Source: Folioceros fuciformis (taxonomy: Eukaryota). Taken from it: a stretch of DNA of 48,277 nucleotides. Shown here piece by piece: positions 13,676 through 23,421 of the stretch; the first letter of the stretch is position 1, and each line of letters starts with the position of its first letter. The position numbers and the translations under genes were made by a program. The notes beneath the pieces are model-generated. The model did not search any database. It had not been told where the DNA came from and worked only from the letters and a program-made list of their open reading frames with translations. The DNA lies in assembly GCA_049999805.1 (NCBI GenBank), contig JBNGIO010005973.1:128877-177153 (forward strand), given 5' to 3'.

Positions 13676-14398
13676 CCTGCTATCTGATGCTAGAAGCTAT
13701 AGTTGCAGCCTGGTTCTCTATGATTTGATGCCCTGCACAAATGAATCAGAGTGCGTCAGTTGGTACACGGTCGAAGCACGAAATCTTCGAACAAGTCCAA
13801 ATCCGAAACCGAAGGGGATTCGAATATCACCTGGGCTTCTCAACACTGCCCTCCACCCGCCTTGAAGAAGCTGTCAAGCCAGAGGAATAAACTATGTAAG
13901 ATCCTCTGGCCTGATTGCAAAAACTTCCCGCGTGGATGGAAGCTTCAGCTTTCTTTCCTTCCAAAAAGCATCCGAGCCCAACTTGATACTATGAGAAGGC
14001 AGCTTGCGTCGTTCGCAATCTAACAAGCCGCACGCAAAGTTAACATCGTTTTCATACACAACCCATGCCAATCAGCCGTCACCCACAAGCATTCCACGGT
14101 CCCACGTCACTCTGCACCACTTGAAACTTTGTCAACGCTTACCTTCGCTTCGAAGTGATGTTCGCACGATCCAGGAACCTCACGTTGCCCAACTCTTGGT
14201 ACCAACCGCTCGGGGATGATCATCTATAGGTGGAAACACAAAGGCGAATGGCCCTGGACTTGACGTGACAGCAACGTCAGTGCTCTTGGTTGCAACGAAC
14301 ACCCTCATCCCTCTGGACAAGAGCAAAGGTTACAGAACTTACAGAGTGGCGATTATAAGGAGCTAGAGGAGGTCGGGAGGGAGCAGGCAATTGTGGAG
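13676..14398. promoter_or_regulatory. Putative shared bidirectional promoter / 5'-UTR region of the two giant GTPase paralogs
   Basis: 723 bp separate the divergent ATGs (13675 minus, 14399 plus). It contains a candidate minus-strand 5'-UTR intron: donor AAG|GTAAGC at 14142, acceptor TGCAG at 13733. Confidence 0.45.
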
Positions 14399-17300
14399 AT
14401 GGGGGCTTTGGATCCCAGTGATGCATATCATGTGCTGGAGTTGTCCGAACAGTTTCTGCTTGGCAACGACAGAGAGTCTGAATGTGAGTCCAGATGTGGG
14501 ATCATTCCAAAGATGAGACTCGTGAATATGGAGGACTCATCTGAGCATCAAGACGAAAAGAAGGGGCAGAAGGAGGTACCTGCTCTGCATAAGCTGATAC
14601 ATCTCAAGGCTGATCAGCTGGATTTGAGCTTTGTGGAGAAGGTGGTCGTCTCCCAGAGTGGCATCATTGATTTGTGCAACCTGCTGTTGCCGGGGTCAGC
14701 CAATCGTATCAAGGATGAGATACGCTTGGATGTCAGGTCCTTGAATGACAACTTGAAGCCGTTGCATACGGTTGGCTTGTATGGAAGCAAAGACGTGATG
14801 GGGCTACTTCTCGAGAGGGCGGGGATCATGCGATTGGCTCAAGAGCAGCTGGATTGCATGGAATCAGGAGTCTATGGAATTCTCTCACACGACTTGATAT
14901 ACCTCTTCTACTGCCATCCTGGAAGGCGTATGGCAGAGGCCTCTAGAAAGGACGTCTCTTGCAACTTCATTCGCTACCTGATGGACTTGTGTGGAACCGT
15001 TTATGTGTGCCTAGATGCAGAGGACGTGAAGCCCCTCTTGCTGGTCGCAACCCCTGGGACTAAACCTAGATCCAGAGTGCCGGGAAGTCGAAGGAAGATG
15101 CTTGAAATCTCTCAGCCCAACACCTCCGAGAATGAGTTTGAGCTGCGTTGTGGATTCCATGTGTTTGCACCCGGCCTCTCTAATGACATTGATTCAAGTT
15201 CCGTGAAGTCCTCCGCCGTTTCCACATTTGATCTCACGTCCAGGTTCTCCGAAGGTCTGTATCGTTGTACTGTCCTCACACCCGTTGTTTGCCCGCCTAG
15301 TAAACGGTACCTAGAACATGAGAAGGATCTCGAGCAGCAGGAGCTACCAGCAATCGTGGAAGACTGGTCTGCAGCTTACAATCTTGATCTGAATACGCTC
15401 CCTGATAAGGATCTGCTGCTGCTACTGAAATGTGGAAAGTTGCAAGCCCACCAGGCATACTTGTCACTGCGTCATTCGTTTGAGCTCAGGATAGAGGACA
15501 ACAAGAACAAGTTCTACGGCCTGGAGGAAACTCTACGACAGGACCTCAAAAGCCTGCAGCTCATTTTCCAAGATATTCTCAAGGCTTACCGCAAAGTGGT
15601 GTACAGATCAGAGGAAGCAGTATTGGCAAGCAATGCAGATACTTGGAAGGGGAACCGGATGGGCGCATCTTCAAACCAATGTGCTGAGATGATTGCCCAG
15701 GAGAGGAAGCTCTGTGGGTTCTGGACTGGCCATGACAGCGCTCCGGGTAGTCCATCCCTGTTGTTTGTTGGTTCCGAGTTCATTTTTGTTGGGGACGACA
15801 ACAAAGTGATCCCCCTTTCAAGAGAACTTGGGTGCATGTTTGTGGTACAGAGCGGTAGGCTGTCAAAATCTGCGGCTGGACCATTCCACCTTCAGCAAGA
15901 ACTTGTTGCAAGGTCGGTTTCCACAGACGGCTCTTCGGCTTCGTTTTCTTTCACCGTTCACTCTCTTGCGGGTGACTGCCCCAAAGGTCCCATCGTGACC
16001 TCCCGGCGGGTCCAAGTCTCTGGTAGGTTTGCGTCACCAGCTCACAGGAACGAACAAGAATTCTCTTGTACTGTGCAGATCAAGTTGAAGGAAGCTTCGT
16101 CGGCGGGCATGCTGACCTGGATGCAGTCGTATGATAGAGCAGGGTCCATAGGATGCCAGGGAACAGCTACCCTGCCAAGTGCTGGCACACTATCTACCTC
16201 AGAATATCGAGATGTCTGTAGGAGTCATTCTGCAAAGGTCGAAAGCATGATAAAACGGGAGCTGTTGCCATTGGTGAGAGAATTCAGGCGCTTTGAGATA
16301 AATTCGCAGGGGAGCTTGCTCAACCAATTATTCCAGCAGGAGGAGTCTGTCTTCATGAACAACGTTAGGGAACAGTTCAGCAATGCAAGGCCAGATCAAC
16401 CCAGTCTGTCAATCATCGGATGTCACCTTGTCTCCAGCAGTACGACGCAGTCGTCGTCAGCAAAGGCGCCTCAAGAGGCTGATGACAAACTGGTCGTACG
16501 ATATGTCTCTGAAGAGATAGAGCAGGCACGAATTAGGTGGAAGGTTACTGAGCTTGCACCCATGAAGACGGATGTAGAGAGAGCAACCACGGACAGAACT
16601 CATGTCATCGTCCCTCGCTGTTCAGATGCTCACACGTTGATTGAGCTGGAGCAAAACGTGGAAAAGCTGACGAAGGTGGTGGCCATCAGGTCTGGAGAGA
16701 TGCTGGTGTTCGTGGAAAATGCTAGAGATGTATCCACAAGCGTGCACCTTTGCCCAAGACTTGGAACAGACGTGACGTCTGTAAGTCCTCTGAAGGTGTT
16801 TCCTAGGCTCTTTCTCCTCATAGCTGTTGATGAGACTTCCAAGTTTGTGGCGTTGTATGCACGAGAATACAGCAAAGTTAGCTTGTACAAGTTTGATGAG
16901 GCCTTTCGGAACATGGATAGAAGCAACACCGAGCTCCAGCTCACGGATTACATTACATGTGACTTGATTTCCATCATGTTCATACCTGGGAAGAGGGAAA
17001 TGGTGCTCATAGACAGCGAAAATCGAGTAAGCATCTTCCAGATAAGCCAAGGTATGATCAAGCCTCGTAGTGTTGTGTTGCCTGGACCTCCAGTAAAGGC
17101 CCATGTTACCACTGATGGATCCTGTCTCCTAGCTCTGTATGATGGAGGGGACTTTGATGAAGATGCTGGGACTCGTCCTGTTCAGGATTCTTCGACTAGC
17201 CTTCTGGAAATACACGTGTATGTGTTGGATGACGAACTGACACACCTGAAAACCGTTCAGGTGGACTCCAAAGAAATATGTGACGTCAAGGGAATGGAGT

Positions 17301-20300
17301 CCAGTATTGTGAGCTTCGAGACACAAATGCACCTCCTGGCTTTCAATGCTGGCATTACTGAGGAGGGAATCCGGTCCAAAATATTGAACATCACCACCAG
17401 TTCCGGGGGTTGCCAAGTGAGGGAGGTAAGGAGGGCGAAAACTGAGCCAGAGGATGCATCACAGAAGGCTACTACTTGTCCTGCCCTGGACTACGTGGGT
17501 CAGGTATTCGAGAAGTACGCAACCAGCCCACCTCTTCACGAAACCAAGAGGGATCTTACCATTCAGGTGGTTCTGGGAGCAGGAATTCAAGAGCAAGCCA
17601 AGCGGGAATGCATAACCTCCGTTCACAACTCGCTGGCATACATCGGAAAACAGCGGGGCAAGGATTTCTCCAACCTTGACATCGAGGTCCGCGCCGACGC
17701 GTTTGATGACTGCTTTGATGACGAAGACCAGCTTGAAGGAAGCAGAGACGATGGAAACCTCAGAGATGTGGGAGATTTCGTTCAGACCCTTGTCTGCTTG
17801 ATCCCAATACAGATAGCTCGTGCCGAGAAGAACACCTTGCGACCCTTGAGTGATGGCCTGCAGCTCCCGCCCGGCATCGACTACACCGATGCTGTGTCTC
17901 TGGCCACTATCATCCGATTCGGGTTCTACGACGCAGTGCTAGCACAGTGGCAGGGACCAATCAAAGTCATATCATCCATGGGAAAACAGAGCAGTGGAAA
18001 ATCTTACCTTCTCAACCATCTGAGCGGGTCCTTGCTTGATGTGGCTGGAGGACGTTGCACTGATGGTGTGTGGATGACCCTGAGGCCAACCCAAAACTGT
18101 ATGTATGTGCTGCTGGACTTCGAGGGCCTTGGAAGCTTCGAAAGGAGTGAACAGGAAGATCTCCTCCTTTCCATCCTGAATGCTGCTGTGAGCAACATCA
18201 CCATCTTTAACAAGAAAGTAAGTAGGCGGCTACATTTGTCAAAATAGTGGATGTTCTGACTGCATCTTGCTTGACTACTGGATTCCTGCAGCGGATGGAG
18301 GAGCTCTTGTGACAATTTGAAGCTTTCTAATCTGTGTTGACGTTGTTCTTGACCCAGGACTTCAACCTTGATAAGGAAACAGAGGCTGTGTTTCAAAGAT
18401 TTCAGAGTGGAGTACGCTTGGTGAAGAACGACACTAAGCTCTTCAAAGGCATGTTCTACCTGGCTATCAAGGATGTGGACCAGGACGACGTGGACGAGCT
18501 CACGGTCGAGTTTATTAAGAAAATCCGGCACATTTGCAGCAAGTCGGAGGAGAACTTCCTGGCCGTAATGTATGGAGGCCACGTTGAGATTGCAGCCATG
18601 CCTCCCTTCCAGAAACAAGAGTTTTATGATAGCATTTGTGAAATCCAAGAAACTGTGGAGGACCTGGTAGCAGTTCAACACAACGGGGGGAATCTAGCAA
18701 CCGACCTGAAACTGGTGATGGCTCAGCTCTGTGCCAAAGACTGGTCCCCTATTGACACAAAGCGTGCGGCCCTCAAGGTTGATCTGCTCCGCAAGCACTT
18801 ACGCACAGCCATCGCTCTTGGAAGACTACAGGGGAAGGACGGAGAATCACTGGTAGACTTCGACAGGCAGGAGGCCATACCCGACCTCCCGGTCCAGCTC
18901 CATGGCCAAAGCTTCGCAATACCAGACACGGACCTGGAGCTCTCTCCTTACCAGGACAGCCAGGTGGTTGGCAGCATTCTCGAGATGCTGAGGCTCAAGT
19001 TCGAGATTGTTTTCCCCAGGACAGGAACTGATGGCGAGGTTTGGCATTCCAACTTCGAGAAATTTCTGCTTGCTCTGGTATACAGACGCCGCATCAGAGT
19101 GATGGACTGGCTAGATCGCAATACATCCGAGTTCCAAAAGGATGCAGACGTGCAAAACCTCCGCATGAAGGGTGTTGCAATACTTGCAGAGTTGAAGCAA
19201 GCCCTAGCTCTTTGCAGCTGCAAATGCCAGATCTGCTTCCTTCGCTGTGTTCTTGAGAAGTCTCATCCCTCGGAACACACCTGCATGGGAGGCCATGTCT
19301 GCTCACAGATCTGCACCTACTGCAGCCAAGAGAGCTCGGGGGAACACAACGACTGCACAGATGTCAGCGGCCACGAAGGCCCGCATGACTGCAAGACTCG
19401 AAGCCATACCTGCGGGAAGCATTGCCACCTCTTCGAGATATCATCGAACTGCAATCAAGTCTGTGCTTTAAGGCCGAGTCATGCCGGGCACCATCTCTGC
19501 AACACCAGCCAACACATGTGCAACCAGATCTGCTCCCTGCCTTCCTGCAACAACTCCTGCAGCTATCCGTTCGATGCTCAGGGCCACGACAGGCATGCTT
19601 GCAACGAGTTCAGGTGCCTCAAGAACTGCTCCATGGAGAGCTGCAACAGGAAATGCGCATCCCCTGACCACTTCCACGCTCTGGGTAGCGACAAACATCT
19701 GTGCGGATACGAGCATGCCTGCAAAGGAGTGTGTGAGCACCCAGGGGCCTGCCAGATAGTCACCGAGCTCTCCAAGATTTCCAGGAAGTTCTCAGGCAGG
19801 AGAGGCCTCTTCGAGTGCGAGCATGCCTCGGAGAACAAGGGGATCAAGAAGAGCTGCAGCATCCCCATCCCCATCGGCCAGGAACGGCATCAAGGCCCCC
19901 ATGCTTGCCACCCTGAAGCCCTCCACTACTGCGAAGCTCGCTGCCAGGCCTGTGGCTACATCTGCAACCTTCAGTCAGGGCACGGAGGCCGGCACGACAC
20001 CACCCACGGCCACATGAGGGATGTCAAGTTTGTGTCAGAGCAGGAAGAGATCGACATTGTGGACAGGAAGTATGTGTGGGGAGAGTCGGGGATGGCAGAG
20101 ATGTGCATGCTGCACTGCAAGGCTCAGGGCAGAGGACACATCCATCTGATCAAGTGTGGAGCTTCCGAGCCTGGTGGAACCTGCGCCAAGGACTTGTACC
20201 CCGACGCCAGGCACGAGTCGAGGGAGTTTGGCCCAGACTTCAAGGTCCCCAAAGACGAGCTCACACATGCAGCATACTGGCGGCACTTGGGTTTCCGAGA

Positions 20301-21156
20301 CCCATGCCAGGAGGAAGACCAAGCGGAGTTCGCTCTCTGCAACCACTACTGCACGTCGGAGGACCATGAGCAGCCCGACGCCAAGAGATCCTTCTGCATC
20401 GAGAAACTCTGGCATGACCCTGTGCCTCCTCCTGCTGTTGGCGAGCTTGCCAAGTTCACAGGTTATGTCAGCAGAGACGGGCACCACTTCCGATGCAGGC
20501 ATGCCGCCAACTCCGCCAACCACATCATCTTCGTCATCGACAGGTCGGGCTCCATGTCCAAAGACGACATCAAGCCCTCCATGCGAGAATTCCGAAACCG
20601 GCATAACAACAGGTTGGGATGCGTATACGAAGCCATCTACAGGTTCTTAAGGTCTAGGCTCAAGGCCCAGCGTGTGACTTCCCATCAGGAAGATAAGGTT
20701 TCCATCATCCTGTTCTCGGAGCCGGGGACCGCAAAGATTGTGGAGAAGAGAAGGGAAATAGGCGAGATATCGGTGTACGGACTTATCAACCATTTCTGCA
20801 CTTTTATGGGAACTTTCTACGCCGATGGACTCGTGCTTGCGGCGGCTGTGATGAAGGAGGCTTTGGTATCCCAGTCCGACCGGGACAAAGAACCTGTGGT
20901 GATCTTCCTCAGCGACGGCGTGAACGACGATGGAAACACCCCGCTCCTCGTCATCGAGGAAATGCTACAGATTGATTCCAGGCTTGTGCTGCATACCATC
21001 CTGTTTGGGAAGAAGCGAGTGAGGGACACCACGTTGCAAGCCATGGCTGACAGCGGGAGAGGCCGCTTCCAAGTGAGCATCGACGAGGTGCAGCTGGCTA
21101 AGAGCTTCGAGGGCTTTGCAAACAGTCTTCGGGCCCCTGTCAACGCCCTAATGTAG
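14399..21156 (+). CDS. Giant VLIG/RHD3/GBP-superfamily GTPase with Cys/His-rich array and C-terminal vWA domain, paralog B, ~2205 aa (or ~2162 aa from ATG 14528), 2 coding exons (14399-18217, 18358-21156)
   Basis: A phase-0 intron at 18218-18357 (AAA|GTAAGT...CCCAG|GAC) joins IFNKK|DFNLDK. G1 GKQSSGKS is at 17981-18004, followed by GRCT, DFEG and LAIKDV. The Cys/His array spans ~19213-20502. The vWA domain has IIFVIDRSGSM...MGTFY...VIFLSDG. It is colinear with paralog A along the whole length. Confidence 0.88.
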
Positions 21157-21577
21157 AATTCTGTTCTCAGCTCATGACTTCTTCACTCTCACAGGGCCAG
21201 CCTTTCCACTGTCTTCTGCTCTTCTTCTCCCAGGTACATATGTTGTGTCCAGTAAAAGAGGAAGCGAGAGGAAAGCCTGGTCTTAAAGAACTTAAATCGC
21301 AAATGTGTACCAAACTCCAACGATTCTGTTCCCTATTTTTTCTTTTCAATTTTTCTCTTGTTTTCCACCAATTTAGATTTTCTTACGCACCTCGCCTAGT
21401 AAACTACATACTTCGTTACCGTTGAAGCACTTTTGAAAGGATCACGGATGGACATTCCAGAAGATTTGCGGAGACAAAACCTCCCGAATGCCCGAGCCCC
21501 GAGTCTCATCGTTCCGAACATTTGTGCCAAGACGTGCCCTCTTGCTTATCCGAGCATCCAAGCTCTTGCTTATCCTA

Positions 21578-21731
21578 AGGTGCACTATCTCGGACAATCC
21601 ATTCCACCAACCTGCTTTAGCTTATTCAAATATCCAAGGAGGAAGGTGCATTATCTCATACAATCCTTTCCACCAATCCGCTTTAGGTGTCCTATCTCAT
21701 ACAATCCATTCTACCAATCTGCTTTAGGTGT
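21578..21731 (+). repeat. Imperfect ~41-bp direct repeat, 3 copies
   Basis: A unit like aggtgcactatctcatacaatccattccaccaatctgctttag recurs at ~21578, ~21644 and ~21685. Confidence 0.75.
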
Positions 21732-22679
21732 GTTGAGATGCATTGCTGCATCATAGATTCTACAAATTCACTTTGCCTTGCTCATGCGGGATTTGCCTTA
21801 ACTAAGTGCTTATGATGTCACAAATCTCACAAACCTGCTTGCCTTTCTTATGCAGGATTTATTGGACCATTACTATGTAGATTGCATTGTGGTATAGACT
21901 TTGTATATGTGACTATGCTGCAGACTGCCATGCCTTCACGCAGACAGTAACGAGATGAAAGAATCAAAGGTAAACCAAAGTCACCTTCCTCCTATGCTTT
22001 GCTACTTCACTCTAACCAATTGCTATCTTACTCTATCAAACATTAGGTATCAAACCATGTTACTTTCCTTGAATTTATTCATCCTCTTCTTGTGTCTATT
22101 TTTTGTTGGCTACAATCAGGTCTGCCTAACATAGGAGTGGTCAGCATACACTCACAGGGGGAGTTGAATACCATAATTGGATCTTGAGACCCTGTATTGG
22201 CCAAGGAATGTATGGAGATCTATTCATATGTTTGACTCTAATGGTGAGGAGGAGGCCAGCATAAATAGAGAATGCCCTAGCCAAATAAGAGGAAGTGAAG
22301 AATTTAATTTCTTGTCAAACAACAATACATCCTATATGAGGGACTCATGTTCAAAGTTGAAGAGAAAGAGAGATGAATTTTCTCATGTGGATGACTCCAA
22401 GAATGAGCAAGAGCCAAGTAAAGTTGTAAGATCCTATGACCAAGAAAGAAGGCGAATTGGAGAACTAACAATAGTGTCCACAACAACACAAAAGATCTCG
22501 AGAAGTCAAGTGTAAGGACGCAGAAAGGCAACAATGAATCTAATCATATGCACAAATCTCATATTGAGGGAGAGGCAAGTAGAAAGGATGGATGCTATGA
22601 CACAAAAGGAGAGAGAAGAGAAGAACTCAACACATTGTCAAACTTTAAGTTCGGCCAAAATCTCTGCACTGACAATTCT

Positions 22680-23110
22680 ACAGATGAAGACCTCAATTGT
22701 GAAAATAGATATATGCCTATTGAAGATGGATTCCTCCCTTTTGAAGATGCAGACCTTAATTGCAAAGATGGATTCCTCCCTTCTGAAGATGAAGACCTTA
22801 AATGCGAAAATGGATTCTGCCCTTTTGAAAATGGAGACCTTAGTTGTGAAGATGGATTCCTCCCTTCTGAAGATGGAAACGTTAATTGTAGACATAGAGA
22901 CCTCAGGGTTGAAGATGGATACCTCCCTTTTGAAGATGGATACTTCCCTTGTGAAGATGCAGACCTCAATAGTGAAGATGGAAGCCTCCCATGTGAATAG
23001 GGAGCTTGAGGCCCCAAATGTGAAAGGAGAGACCTCTAGTGTAAAGATGGGGACCTCTATTATGAAGATGAGGACTATTGGTGTGGACATGGAGACCTCT
23101 AGTGCGAAGA
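22680..23110 (+). repeat. 21-bp minisatellite with an alternating 42-bp higher-order unit
   Basis: Units tgaagatggattcctcccttt and tgaagatg(c/g)agaccttaattg alternate and degenerate toward the 3' end. All four long ORFs here show heptapeptide periodicity (e.g. EDGFLPS/EDGDLSC; LKMDSSL). Confidence 0.9.
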
Positions 23111-23272
23111 GGAGATTGTTGGTGTGAACATGATGACTTCTGCCATGAACAGCAAGACGTTCCCTATAAAAAGGGAGACCTCTACTTCGAAGAGAAAGAC
23201 CTTCGCCATGAAAAGGGAGAGCTCCATTGTGAAGAAGGAGATCTCAACTCATTGTTAGGCTCTACTGTCATT

Positions 23273-23421
23273 AATAGATTCTCCACATCCAATTCCCAAG
23301 ATGAAGACCTTAGTTCATCAATAGATTGTAGCTTAGATGAAGAACTAATAGATTCTTCACATCCAATTCCCAAGATGGAGACCTCAGTTCATCAGTAGAT
23401 TGTAGCTTAGATGGAGAACTA
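23273..23421 (+). repeat. 74-bp tandem duplication
   Basis: aatagattct(c/t)cacatccaattcccaagatg(a/g)agacct(t/c)agttcatca(a/g)tagattgtagcttagatg(a/g)agaact begins at 23273 and again at 23347. Confidence 0.85.

Noticed and set aside
17963-18700. Calling the giant GTPases RHD3, atlastin or GBP orthologs
   Set aside because: Similarity is limited to the G motifs. Size, domain order, the lack of a transmembrane hairpin and the Cys/vWA tail do not fit, so no gene symbol was assigned.
6776-21156. Reading the four long ORFs as four separate genes in operon-like pairs
   Set aside because: Canonical phase-0 GT-AG introns at the same position join each pair and the GTPase domain is split across them. 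The listed starts of the downstream ORFs fall inside the introns.
22140-23130. Intact Copia LTR retrotransposon suggested by PPT-like motifs (CAGGGGGAG ~22155; GAGGAGATTGTTGG ~23109)
   Set aside because: No paired LTRs, primer-binding site or gag/pol motifs could be identified.
21578-23421. CRISPR-like array
   Set aside because: The repeats are degenerate and adjacent, without unique spacers of constant length; the context is eukaryotic and there are no cas genes.
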